DNA from: Fistulifera solaris
Taxonomy: Eukaryota
Reading direction: 5' to 3'
Length of the DNA stretch: 64,000 nucleotides
NCBI GenBank assembly: GCA_030295235.1
Contig: AP026126.1
Span: 744,001 to 808,000 of the forward strand
The notes beneath the pieces were generated by a model, which saw nothing but the letters and a program-made list of their open reading frames with translations, was not told where the DNA came from and did not search any database. The position numbers were made by a program, and so were the translations under genes. Positions within the stretch are counted from its first letter, which is position 1. Every line of letters begins with the position of its first letter. Positions 51,430-63,781 of the stretch are shown here, in pieces.

Positions 51430-53889
51430 ATGAAGTTCAACGTGGCGGTCATTCTACTCTCGCTGCAGGCGACTTCCGCTTTCATGTCCGGGGAACGAGT
51501 GAATCGCGTTTCGGTGATGCAACGAAGTATGGCGGTCGACAAAGAAGTTGACTTGTCGATCCCGTACGATGCGGCTGCGCGGTTGGCTTACGACGAATGG
51601 CGCCAGCAATTCAACAAAGGAGCTTTCGACGAGAAGCGATTTGTGTCTTTTAAAGCGAACTACGAGGCTGTGACAGTAGCCAATGTTGTGGCCAAGAAGG
51701 AGGCTCGTGAAAGTGGCTCGGACGAACCGCTCGCTCTGATGACGCTCAACGAGTACGGTGATTTTACTGAGGAAGAATTCTCTCAATTGTCGTCGGGATC
51801 TGCTTCGACGACAGGAAAAGTGCTGGAGAAAGCTTTGGAAGTGGCTCAATCGCAGTCAGAAGCTAGTTCAGCTTTGGAAGAAGCAGCCAATGCTCTGGCG
51901 GCTGAAGAAGAGGTAGGTAGTAAATGCGTGTTCGGATGTGACGCAACGAATGGAATGTTCTGATGTTTTCAAATTATGTGTTACCCCTACCAATACAGGA
52001 ACTTGCTGCCAAACTCGGATTGAACAGTGTCGACGAGCTGGAAGCTGCTCTTGACTCGCTCGAAGGCATCGCCGAAGATGGAGGAGCAATTGATGACAAC
52101 CTGGCTCGTGAAGCGCGCGTGCGATCGGCTTATATGAAATGGTGTAAAGAGTTCGGAAAAGAGCAAAGTGAGGAGCGCTTTCAAAAGTTCTCGGAGAACT
52201 ACTTGATGATGGAAGACTATGCAAAGCAGTCCGGAAAGGAGATGAACTTGAATGAGTATGCCGATTGCACAAAGGAAGAATACGAGGCCATCGTTTTGGA
52301 GGAGGCCAAAAACGAGTCGCCGAGAAGGAGAAACAAGCCGCGGAAGCGAAAGCAGCGCGCGACAAAGCCGAGGCCGAGGCAGGTGCAGCACGAAAACAGG
52401 CTGCCGCCGCTTCCGATGCGAACGTTTCCATTCCCAACGTTGTTATGGGTAAGGATGACGATGATACAGAACTTGTCAGAGCTCAGAGACAGGCAAGATT
52501 TGAGGAGAATCAAAAGAAAGCTCAAGCTGAAATTAAGGCCCGAGAAAAAGCTGAGGCTGAGCGACGCGCTCAAATCGAGAAAGAACGCGCTGATCGACAG
52601 AAGGCTCAGGAAGCGCAAAAGCAAAAGGCTGCAGCTGAAGCTGCGTCTGTAGCAATCGCCGCAGCAAAAGCTGCTCAGGACGCCGAGGCGGTCCGCCAAG
52701 CGGAACGTCGTCGAATTGAAAAGGAAGCTGCGGATCTTGTTCGAGCGAAGGCAAGAGAAGCTGAAGCGAAACTAGCTAAGGCAGCCTCGAAAAAAACCTC
52801 GGTAACCGAAACACCGAAGAAGGTCAAAGCCCCCGCTTTTTTCTTTCTTTGCAAAGAAGGAGGAGGTCAAGACAACCCGTGCTCCTCCTGCCTTTAAACT
52901 CCCCCTTGTATCGGCCCCTGCTCCGGCACCAGCACCGGCAAAGAAAGAAAACGCCATGTTTTCATTCTTGTCCACTCCGGCAGAAAAGCCAAAGTCTTCG
53001 CCCACTCCTACGCCCGTAAAGAAAGCTAATGTACCTCCGAAGAAGGAAGAAAAATCTATTCTTTCTATTTTCTCCGCTCCTGCAAAAGAAGCCGCACCCA
53101 CTCCGTCCCCTGCCCCCGTAGCAAAGAAGGAAGAAGCCAAGCCACTTCTTTCTTTCCTTTCGTCTCCTTCACCTGCTAAGGCTCCAGTACCCGCGCCAAA
53201 GAAAGATGTACCCGTACCTAACAAACCAGGTACACTCAGCTTGTTTTCGGCAAAGAAACCCGAGGTTTCCAAGCCTCTGGCTCCGAAAAAGGATATCAAA
53301 GTTCCCAACAAAAGCGGAACTATCAATCTTTTGGCGGTGTACCCTCAAAGCCGAAACCAGCGCCGGCGCCCGTGGCAAAAAAGTCTCCCACTATCAGTCT
53401 CTTTGGCAGTCCGTCAAAAGCAAAACCTCAGTCTGAACCGGTAAGCGATCAAAACCTAAATCCAATACAGCTCCGACGTTTAGTCTTTTTTGGAAGTGCT
53501 GCCAAGTCTCAACCGAAGCCTGCACCTCCCGCTCCGGTTAAAAAAGGCAGCGCCTACAATCAGTTTGTTTGGCGGAAAGAAAAAGTTGAATCAACCCCTG
53601 TACAAGCACCACCTGTCCCTGTTAAAGGCAGTCCCTCCTTTTCTCTTTTCGGTGGAAATAGTAAGCCAGCAGCCAAAACAACCCCCGAATTAAAGGTTGC
53701 TAAGGCTCCCCCTGGGGTCCCAACTCTTTCACGCTGGACGGTCAACCGAGATGGATCTGTCACCGGAAATATTAGCAACTCAAAGAACTTCCGCAACGGT
53801 GAAAAGATCACTACATCTCCTATCAAGGGAAAGCGCAACCAGGATCTGTGGTTTCAACAGGATCTGGTAGCAAATACTTTCTGTCTTAA
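51430..53889 (+). CDS. Plastid-targeted multidomain protein: 2x I29-like, coiled coil, Pro/Lys repeat linker, C-terminal Shell/PyShell-like beta domain; intron 51913..51998; several frameshifts
   Basis: MKFNVAVILLSLQATSAF; LNEYGDFTEEEF and LNEYADCTKEEY; repeated TISLFG/SFSLFG; terminal GVPTLSRWTVNRDGSVTGNISNS...ITTSPI...VVSTGSGSKYFLS*. Confidence 0.75.
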
Positions 53890-53925
53890 TTATACTAACA
53901 TTCTTATCCATGATTCGTAAGTATT

Positions 53926-56900
53926 TTATGTCATCCGTGATAAATGGCGAAGTAAGCACAGCGAATGTTGCATCTGTGATCGAATCACAAGTGAGGCCTC
54001 TTGCTGTGACTTTTTCAATTGGCCGATTAATTGTAGTAGAACATCATACTGCTTAACAATGACTTCCTCTTTCATGTGAGAATTGTCGTTCACGTCATCT
54101 CTGTTGTACGTATCTAGCTGAGCGATTACCTCAGTATGCACATGTAGGAAGCGGTGGATGTATGCATTCACGGCCTCACAGCGTTCTCTGGACTGGGATG
54201 CTTCTAGTAGCCATTGTGCAGCGAGAGTCAGTAATTGCAGTCCTTCGTCTAGATCGTGCATCCCATTGCAAAGGGACGATAAGGCCAGGTCAATAGCGGA
54301 TGGTCCACATGTCGCAATGTAGTCTGACACATGTTGAAAGCTGCCTTTTATGCTACATTCCTGGAGGAGTGACGCCAACTGGGATCTGTAATGAGTCACC
54401 TTCTTGCGTTTATTAGAATCTGGCGCTTTAGAGCTTTCTTTGTCTGTAGGTGCACCAATCTCTTGTCCTTCGCCATCGTCGGTCCATGCCGAGGCCCAAG
54501 TATCTTCCGCCTCTTTTCCAGTATCTCCTTGAATTTGTTCACTTGCAGGTGGTGCTATGTCGATTGCTTCCCCACCACGCCACTGAAGAAAGAAAGGTGC
54601 TGAAGGAGGCTTTTGGGAGGCTCTTTGGGTTTATTTCTCTCTTTTACCAACTCGAGATGAAACAAGTTTTTCCAGTGAGCAGGTGGAAGACCGGAAAGTG
54701 TTATGAGACCCTTTTCCTTCGCCGATACTGGCCCAGCTTCTTGATCTTCGATGGTCTCTGCTTCGTCGGCTGGTAGTGAGATATTTGAATCATCTGCAGC
54801 TACGATAATTCCAGTCTCCTCTGAAATCGGAGTCGGTTCGTCCATGAGAAAAGGTTTATCCAAGGCCAGTCCACTCGTATTGACGCGCTGATAGTAGCTA
54901 CGGTCGCTCCACACGCTGATGCCTACTTTTCCGTCGTGAGTTGTTGCTATATACTCGCCTGTTGGGCTTACAGTCAGAGAAGTCGGAGCAGCCTTGAAAC
55001 CCAACCAATCAATGCACATGGCTGTAGGGACATCGTAAACACGAACCGTGCCGTCCAATGAAGATGTATACATGATGCGGCCATCAGGGCTAAAGTCGAG
55101 GTCACTGACAGGACCACTGTGCTTTGCAAACCGTCTCACTACAGAGAGGGCAGTACAATCGAACAGCACTACGCTCATATCTTCCATTGCAATTGCAGCT
55201 AGATCCGAATCGCGGACATGCGCCAGTTTTGTGGCAGGACTGGGTAAAATGAAAGGGCTTTTGGTGTGCGGAGCGTGTGTGGCGAAATTCCATAGAGTAA
55301 GTTTCGAGTCGGACCCAACGGAAATGACTGTTTTGTTAACCGAGTCGACTGCTAAGCCAGTCACAGCAAAACCAATGTGCGCAGCCTGTTTAGTCTTCTC
55401 TTGAATGTATTTCTCGCGCTTTAACTCATTCTCCAGATCTTTTCGGCGCTTGTCGAGATTCGCCGAGCCTCGATGATTCCCTTTCATTTCTTTTTGCATT
55501 ACTCTCATCGTACGATTGATATCTCCGGATATGAATTTCTTTCGCGTCGGACCCACAGCTTCCTTTTCGGCAGGATAGCTCCCACGCGGTAAACCACTTT
55601 GGATGTTGTACTTGTAAATTGTTCCACCCCGGGTACCGACTAGAACCATGTTGCCACAAGAAGATATCGCGACAGCAGTGGCATGACATTCTGGAGGAGG
55701 AGCCTTTTTCCGTGCACTAATGTTCCACTCGGGCTGTCGCAACAATGGGCCTGACTGCGCTCCTCGTCGAGTACTCCACACATACGCGAAAGCATGATTC
55801 TTGTGAATGGTGACAAGATCACCCCAATCTCTTCGTCGTGCTTCGCCAAGAGCCATTGCTGTGATCGGGGGCAACAATAAGTCAACTTCGCTGTCCAAGC
55901 CAAGTGTACGAGCTTTCTTTTCAAGCCCAGCGCCTTGACTGTATTCTTTATCCAACACGCTCCTTGCTGTTGAAAAGACGCGCAAGGTACGGTCTGGCCC
56001 TCCAGAAGACAGAAGCTGACAAGATCGGGCGTCCGTTCCGTCGACAGAATTTGCAGTAATTCCATTACCGTACAAATAGTTAATGCGACAAGGAGGTCCG
56101 GTATGCCCACGTCGTTTACGCAAAAGTCTTCCCGAATGGCCCGGGTTATCAAATATATGCATAAGAACAGCATTCGATTGGGTGCCCGATGAAATGAGGA
56201 GGGGCTCCTGAGGCATGTACTGCAACTTCGCCACTCCTCCAGGCGAATGTACACGATCCAAAGTGCACAAAATTGTTCTACCAGCATTTGGTTCTTCTGG
56301 TGGCGTTAAGTCCCAAATAGTGATGCTTCCGTCGGATCGACCTACCGCCATGGGGGCGATGCCATAGTTGACTGCGGATGCGTCGTCGCGAAAGGATACT
56401 GAAGTGATGGTGACTGTTTTCGAATCATGCCCAAAATGGCTCAGCGAAAAAGGACTTTATCATGACGTAAATTAACCAAATGAACCAGTCCTTGATCGGT
56501 ACCGACAGCGATAGTATCGATGGCGGGCGACTGTTGAAGGGTCGTGATGGAGCGACATTTCGTATTTCGGATACAAACAAATTCGTGAATGACCTTTTTC
56601 GAACGTATATTGAGCAAAAGCATCGCACTACGTCCATTCTGTGAACCACCGACCAGAATTTTGTTGACGTAAGTTGACGGGTGCGTAGCAACGACCGGAA
56701 TAAATGCTTCCGGGAGCTGAACCCGACGATCAACGCGGAGAGTGGTTCGCGTTGCAATCAAGACCACAACCTGTCCCGCTAAAGTCCGACCGTCCTCACC
56801 GACAATAGAATCATCATCACTGCTACTACTGCTGTTTGTATCACGCACGTTATCTTGACGTTTGCAGTTCGACAAGATTGCGACAATAATGGCAGCATTC

Positions 56901-57392
56901 TCGTCTTTTCCTGTTTCCGCGCGGGCCACTGGTATTCTTCCTAAATGCAATAAATCCTCAATTTTACCTCCCAACGATACAGTCGCGGTGGCCTTGGTTC
57001 TCTGGAAACAACGTGATGGACCCCTTTCCGTGTGCTACAACAGTAATACTCATACTGGCGTCCGCCACATTGTGGGTAATGGGAGGAGTCGCCACCGCTT
57101 GACCCATGAGAACGGGCTGAAGTTTATCTGTCTGCATCAACTGAAATCGATCTTCAATCGGCACACATATCATAGACGTCTGACTGTTCTGATGCGGAAT
57201 GAAGGAGAAGCCAGCGCCACTGGAGACCAGACCAACCAGACGGTAGGGTGTGAAAAGACGCGAAGATCCGGGCGACGACATTTTTGTCGCGTTAGCCAGA
57301 GTTTTGTCGGCTTCATCGAAAGACGAATCGTCGTCGTCGCTGCTATCCGAGCTAACGGGTTGAGCAACCGATTTTCTTTTCTCAATGGACAT
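53926..57392 (-). CDS. UTP21: U3 snoRNA-associated WD40 protein UTP21/WDR36 (several frameshifts)
   Basis: SRLFTPYRLVGLVS, HPSTYVNKILVG, QSPAIDTIAVG, RRGHTGPP, FSPDGR, LITLSGLPPAHWKNLFHLELVKERNKPKEPPK. Confidence 0.93.
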
Positions 57393-57889
57393 GTGCAAAG
57401 AAATGACGAGAATAAACAATAGACGTTGCTACCAGATAATTAATACTGTATTGAATACGTAGTGACAGAGACAAGGAGTTCTGGGAAAGTTGCCACCGCC
57501 ATCCGCGAAAAGATGGGTGGTTTTGAGCTGAGTCTTGGATTAGTTTAACTCACGCGTTTCGCAATCGAAACAAACTGAAACCGACGAACTACGGACGGAA
57601 ATGTATACCGGTAAGATTTCGTTTCAGCTGATTGGAAATTGTCGCCTCAAACGCCGCGATAATTAAATGACTGCGCCATGCCGAAACCAAAGACCGCGTT
57701 GCCACTTGCCACGATATTTTGTGATGCGTTGTTTTTTGATTACTACTTGTACCTGGAAATGTTGTACCTGGTAGCTTGTGAGGAAACCAAAACTCCTTTT
57801 ACACTCTCTTGTCTTTACTGTGGCTACTTATCCTTCCTTAACCAGCTCAACAAAAAGAAGTAACATTAATACATAAAAAGCAAGCTCTC

Positions 57890-59026
57890 ATGAGTAGCAA
57901 CCGGACCCATGAGTTCATGGCGCTGGCGCAAAGCCTCCCGGCCGGTTCACCGCCGCCGACGAGCGCGAACGGTAAAAAAGGAGACAGTGATGCCTATCAA
58001 GAGTTGAGGAATTTCCATACCACAGCGGCGGGAATCAGTCGTGATATTGCGGGGACATCCGCGTTACTGTCGGAGCTGTCGAATTTGGTGCGACAGGGAT
58101 TTGCGCAGCCGCAAGATCAAGCGCGAATGAATCAATTAGTGATGCATATTAAATCACAAATTGAAGGACTTAATGGGAGACTTGATCAAGCGTCAAATAC
58201 AATGCAGAAGCAGCGACGGAAAGTGGGGCAACAAGCGGGAGAAGAGGCGGCGAATATGATGGATGGCTTGAAGTCTACGTTTGCCGAAGCGGCGTCAGAT
58301 TTTAAGAAAGTACTACAAGAAAGAACAGACAATATGAAGGAAGAAACAGATTTTCAAAAACAAGTTTATGATTATAACAATGCGGACGATGACGATCCCA
58401 TACCCAACATGAGCTCCTTATATGCTCCGCCAGTGTTTGGTGGTGCAAACAGCAATGGGTTCCCTGCGCTGGATCTAACGAGTAGTCTCATGTCACCAGG
58501 AGACAATACTAGCTCTTTACCGCGGCCGCATGGTATTTCTTCGTCCTACTCCGGTAGTGACATACGACAAAGACGGCCTCTGGAGTATAATAACTCGTAC
58601 GGGAGCCAGAACTCGTTAGGGGGCAGTTTGTACTCAACAGCGCAACCTCCTTTGACTCCACTTGATATACAAAGAATGGAAGAAGAGAGAGGTCTACAAC
58701 AGCAACTGATCCCAGATCAAGACTACTTACAGCAGCGAGCGGATGCCATGTCACAGGTAGAATCGAATATTGTGGAATTGGGAACGATCTTCAACAAACT
58801 GGCGGTGATGGTACAGGAGCACCGCGAAATGGTGCAACGAGTGGATGACAATGTTCAGGACGCAAATACAAATATCAACATGTCGATGGAAGTGCTAACC
58901 GACACACTAATGAGTCTACGCACGAATCGTATGCTAGCGTTCCGGGTGTTCTCGGTACTGGTGCTTTTCATTATTGCATTCATCATCTTTTTGCCTAAGA
59001 AACTGGACGAAAGTTACTTATCGTAA
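57890..59026 (+). CDS. STX5: Syntaxin-5 (Sed5/SYP3) Qa-SNARE
   Basis: N-peptide NRTHEF, SNARE motif RADAMSQVESNIVELGTIFNKLAVMVQEHREMVQRVDDNV and C-terminal TM helix. Confidence 0.93.
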   Translation: MSSNRTHEFMALAQSLPAGSPPPTSANGKKGDSDAYQELRNFHTTAAGISRDIAGTSALLSELSNLVRQGFAQPQDQARMNQLVMHIKSQIEGLNGRLDQASNTMQKQRRKVGQQAGEEAANMMDGLKSTFAEAASDFKKVLQERTDNMKEETDFQKQVYDYNNADDDDPIPNMSSLYAPPVFGGANSNGFPALDLTSSLMSPGDNTSSLPRPHGISSSYSGSDIRQRRPLEYNNSYGSQNSLGGSLYSTAQPPLTPLDIQRMEEERGLQQQLIPDQDYLQQRADAMSQVESNIVELGTIFNKLAVMVQEHREMVQRVDDNVQDANTNINMSMEVLTDTLMSLRTNRMLAFRVFSVLVLFIIAFIIFLPKKLDESYLS

Positions 59027-59158
59027 CCACAAATGCTAATTATCTTATAATATTGCAACTTACGTCCATGCCCTATTCATCGTGGGCTTGACGCCAAATA
59101 TTACTCTGCCAGATCTGCAGTAGAGTTTCCCCGGTGCCATACACTCTCAAACGACTAC

Positions 59159-60494
59159 CTATTCCTCCTTCGATACAGCATTTGGGTGCGGAGGGGTCGA
59201 GGCATCACTCTGTGATCGATCGGTGACTGGGAGCAATCGCGTTGCCCTATTCACGGCGCGTCCTCGATTGGAAACAAAGAAGGAACGTCGTCCCCGTCCC
59301 GACTGAATGCTAATCGGAGAATAGGGCGGCATGTAACTACTAGAGCGACCGGAAATGCCTTCGGGATGATAATTTACAAATACGGGCCGTCCCTCCATAT
59401 GATCCCAAGGATTAGTAGAAAAATCATTCAAACCAGGGGGGAGTTTTGACGCGGTCTTGTTCAATTTCTGGCGTAGTCGGGGACCCTCCAGCAGCGTGAT
59501 TGGAATCGCCGGTCTCCCCTTTGTCAGTGCCACCAACAGAAAGAGACGGAACACGCAAAATCGATCGAGGGGAGCTGTTCAGAACCTTGGGCATAATCTG
59601 TCGAACTGGTGTGTCTTCGTTAGATGGAAGAACCATTTCGCGGCAGAGTTCCGGCGTGTCGCGGCAAAATTTCTAGAGGAAAAAAATCAATGAGAACATG
59701 GCAAAAGTGTCAACAGAGCGATCGCCATCGCAACGTACCTCGTGTGTGTAGGCACCCACATCCGCGCCTTCCGTTACCTCACGAAATCCCCAGGCCGAAA
59801 TGTGAGCCAGGAAAGCATCCATGGACTGGAGTTGAGGAAAGAATTGAGGCAGAATCGACCGACGAAGTGCTTCCCAACGGACAATTCGCCACGCTTTGCC
59901 GTGTTCCGACCACTCCAAGACACCATCTTTAGATACTGTCAAGAGCATATGTAGGACGGAGGGAAAATGTGGAACTAAAGCCGAAGCAGCGGGTACAATA
60001 GTGCCGTGATCTTCGTCCTCTTCACGAGAGTATTGTGTGACTTGTGTGCGGTCGTCCGCATGTGACGAAACCGGACTTACATGGCACGGCATAGGAGTCG
60101 CCAAAGTCTTTCGCTTCTTGAGAGGACGACTTCGATCGTCGGGAGATTCAGAAGAACCTTTCGCCAGCATGATAACCGAGGCGGCGACCTGATGTCTGCG
60201 TTTCGCCAAAGAGGACGCCGAGCTGGCGCTATCATGCGAGAGCACGGTAGACATTGCGGGAACATGCCGATAGTGGTGATCTTCCACGGACGAAGACGAT
60301 CGTATCTGATGAATCATAAGAGACGGATGGTGGAAGTGAGTGGATGTAGGCGCAGCCCTCATCCACGGAAGCGAATGATGGCGATTCGCATGCATCATGC
60401 CATCGGTCGAACAATAATCCACACGGTAGCCCGATGAGGGGAAAGATGCATTGGGAAGCTGCTGATGTTCGTGCGGTTGTCGTGAGTGCGGCAT
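59159..60494 (-). CDS. Divergent HSF-type DNA-binding protein; intron 59673..59738; probable frameshift near 59440
   Basis: FPSVLHMLL...LEWSEHGKAWRI...ILPQFF...ISAWGF...YTHE|KFCRDTPELCREM matches the HSF fold pattern. Confidence 0.75.
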
Positions 60495-60965
60495 TCTCAG
60501 GATCTGAATGCAAATAAGCGTCTCAGAGCGCTCTGGCTATCAACACCGCGAGGTACCTTGACTGTGGGAGATTAATATTACTTGTCCTTTTCTTGCGATT
60601 TATCGTCACTAGTCACAGAACGCTCAGGGGGGAAGTAAACGCCATTTGCCAAACACAAAGCGTCCGTTGGACTAGGGTGCGCGCCAATTCTCTCTAATTG
60701 ATAGAGTCAACGGAAGCGACAAAAGCGTTGGTGGGTCAAGTTTCAAAAAGGTGAGACGGGACACTTTTCTCCGCCGTCTATTTTGGACTTCTAAGTGCTG
60801 CACCTTTTCCTGGGCAACGGACGGTTGAGTTTTCTTATATAATACCAAAATTGATTCAACTGATAAATAAGGAAAATGCTATGACGGTAAATACTCATTG
60901 GATGGATTCTTGGTACCGGTTGATAATCACTTAATGAAACCAACACAGGCTTAAGGCTAAGGTTA

Positions 60966-61073
60966 CGAAAAGTCATGGAGCGCAGTAGACAGTGGATGAT
61001 GTTCTTCAACATTCAACGAAAAGTCACGGTCACGGAGCGCAGTAGACAGTGGATGATGTTCTTCAACATTCAA
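60966..61073 (+). repeat. Tandem duplication, two units (51 and 57 bp)
   Basis: cgaaaagtca...ggagcgcagtagacagtggatgatgttcttcaacattcaa occurs twice back to back; the second copy has a 6-bp insertion. Confidence 0.9.
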
Positions 61074-61685
61074 CAATGTCTTAACCTGACTGTCTCATGC
61101 AAAGTCAGATATAGGATATAGGATACCAGGTACCGGTACTGGGTACTGGTACTGGTAACGAAAAATTAATCCTCATTCGCCTTGGCTCTTGGCTTTGCAT
61201 CGTGCATCCTACACCCTGTATGTTTCATTCAAAACTCAAAACACAACACACAACACACAAGCACAAGACACAAAATCTGAAAACGGATTTAAGTTAATAC
61301 TTTGTGCGTTGTCCTCTCTACTTAATTCTTAGTTCTTAGGCATTCAATGTCCCATCGATCACTGAGGATTTACGTAGTAAGTAAAGACGATGAACGAGTT
61401 CGATGTTCCACGGGTCATAAGATATAAGATACTGGTAATAGGTAAAAGCTCTACAGTACGTAGTATGTACAACCAAATCTCTGATTACGGTCATCGGTCA
61501 TCGGTCATCGGCAAAAACCACTTAAAAGAAAAGAGAAACATTCGCGGCTCGCGAAGGAAAAAAACAAGATTCAGCAATCAGCAGTTAGCTACGCCGACCT
61601 TGCCCTCCTTCCGAATTTTCTTCCGAGCGCGCTTTTGTAAACTTACCAAACGTTTCGCTTCAAACGCCCCGCATAATTCTTTGTC

Positions 61686-62359
61686 ATGAGTGAGGAGGAA
61701 ACGAGTCTTATCAAGCGAGCATCCGAGCTCAACAATCAAGGTACACGTCTGATTGTGCAGGGTGAACTTGGCAGGGCGACGGCTGTATTTCAAAGCGCGC
61801 TTGCCGTCATGAAAAACGCCAGCGCTCCAGTTGATAATCAAGGGTTAGGCGAGGTCGTGGATCATGCTCAACCCTTTGTGCTTTTCGTGCCTTGGTGGAC
61901 GATCGTGAAAGAATGCCGAGCAACGGTTGCAGCGTCCACGGTATTCCATTTGTTCTCGAAAGCAGTCTCATTCCGAATCACGATATCGCCCTTCCGCTCT
62001 ACAGCGCTGTCATCCTTTTCAACCTAGGACTAAGTCTTCACGGAGAAACGTTGATGGGAAGTGAATCCTCCTTGAGAAGGGTCACCCATATCTACCGCAT
62101 GAGTTTACAGATCCTTGAGAACGTCTCTCCAATGTGTCCGTCCGCTATCGTTGTCGCAATTGCTGCTTTAAACAACAAGGCCGCGATACACTTCGAGCTC
62201 TGTCAGTATAATGAGTCAAAAAGGTGCTGGGCTGAGCTCTCGCAACTCTTTGAATCTGCTCAAACAGTGATGCATGCTACTTTGGACGCCAAGGCAATGG
62301 AACGTATATTCATGAACTTTCACATGGCCAATTTCCCATCAGCCGCGGGGGCAGCATGA
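61686..62359 (+). CDS. Hypothetical TPR-like helical protein (one frameshift)
   Basis: LNNQG...A...FQSAL; SAVILFNLGLSLH; ALNNKAAIHFEL; ends SAAGAA*. This pattern is common in an expanded diatom family (recalled). Confidence 0.7.
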
Positions 62360-62567
62360 TTTAGGACTCGCAATTTTGATTTATTTCGCGATTTTGTTAT
62401 ATCTAAGATTACTTTAAATTGTATATAGACGGCAAGGTGCACATTAGCGTTAGGGTGTTGTCAAAAGTAGTTATAGAATAGTTTTTCGTAGGCGATGCTC
62501 ATCAAATACCGAAGCATATATCAAGCGGCGACTTGGACGAGCACTTAGCCACACTAAGTATCTCTAT

Positions 62568-63781
62568 TTACATAGACATCGCGATAGCGTTTCGCTCGTA
62601 TCGAACTTGATTCGCAATAATTGCAATGACGACGTGTAATGCTAGGTCCGAGTTTTTGGCAAGATGCATTTTCATTTGCTGCGTATGAAAGCTGTGTTCC
62701 CATTTCCAGTAGGCGACTAGTGGTTCTTCCTTGTTACTCGACACCTCATCGATCAAAGTTCCTTTCCTTTCATCAACGATTGCGGCTGCCTTCGAGTCGT
62801 CATCCATTACAGTGCTTTGAGCATTTACACCTCCCGGCTGCATCAGGCGTCCTTGGGCCATAATTAACGGAGAGACACTAGCTTCGTCTTCTATGGTTTT
62901 CTTAGAATTGCTTTTTAAGTGTTCAGCGATATCTTGTTGATCCAAGGACAAAACCTGCTCTTTTGAAACTCGGCTGGTTTGGTGATTTCCAATGAGTCTG
63001 GTGTAAATTTCTTCACAAAGTATCAAATGATTGTCTAGGTCTAAAACTCCTTCCATAGGTTGTCGTGAAGTAACCGTACTGTGCAAGACTTTTCTTGACT
63101 TTTCGCGGAAGCTTTGAGAGTGTTTCTGTAGCCAATGTTGAACGTTACTGGTTGCATCTAAAACACTTTTCGAAGACGCGCTTATCGAAAATTTCGATGA
63201 AAGTTTGTCGACAGTATTCTCACGCTGAGATGAGCACTTTGTAGCATTGCTGTCGTGACTTAATACATTATTTAAGGTAGCGGTCTCCGTTGCAGAGCCT
63301 TGATCATTGCGATGTCGGTCACGTTCCTGATCAATTTCATCAACGTGGAAGGTACTAGTCACTCTATCCGTCCCGTTCAAAGACTCTCCAGGATGATCTA
63401 ACGCCTTACCTTCGTGGTCACTTACTTGCATGGACTTTTCTTTCATCATTTCCTTCGGAGGTGGACCAAAAAGGCCGCAACGGCAAGATGACGCGACCAG
63501 CTTACTGTGACACACAATCGCTTGTAAAGTTGAATGGGACGATCCATATACAAATCAGTATTGGCTAACTGCTGCTCTGCCTTCTCGGACTCTTCTGTAT
63601 CCGGTTCCTGGTTTGCAAAGCTTTGAGAACCGAATCTGTAAACAATCCAGTATCTTCTCGCGAGGTCCGAATGCACACGCAGCTTGTAACTGCCCATTTC
63701 TTTTCCCAAAACATCAAAGCTGCAAACCGTCCCGGGGACTTGCCGAGTTGTGTAAAGTAGATTATTGTTTGAATCGGTCAC
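62568..63781 (-). CDS. Hypothetical protein, possibly Tubby/LURP/scramblase-like with a disordered insert; may extend further upstream
   Basis: Overlapping ORFs 63446..63781 and 62568..63515; beta-rich N-terminal part and a terminal hydrophobic helix DLALHVVIAIIAN. Confidence 0.5.

Noticed and set aside
2700..57000. Programmed frameshifting or mass pseudogenisation
   Set aside because: Breaks sit in homopolymers of essential genes with otherwise intact motifs; sequencing error is far more parsimonious.
60966..61090. CRISPR-like array or C/D snoRNA (ATGATG...CTGA)
   Set aside because: Only two adjacent units with no unique spacers and no cas genes; the C box is imperfect and no rRNA guide was recognised.
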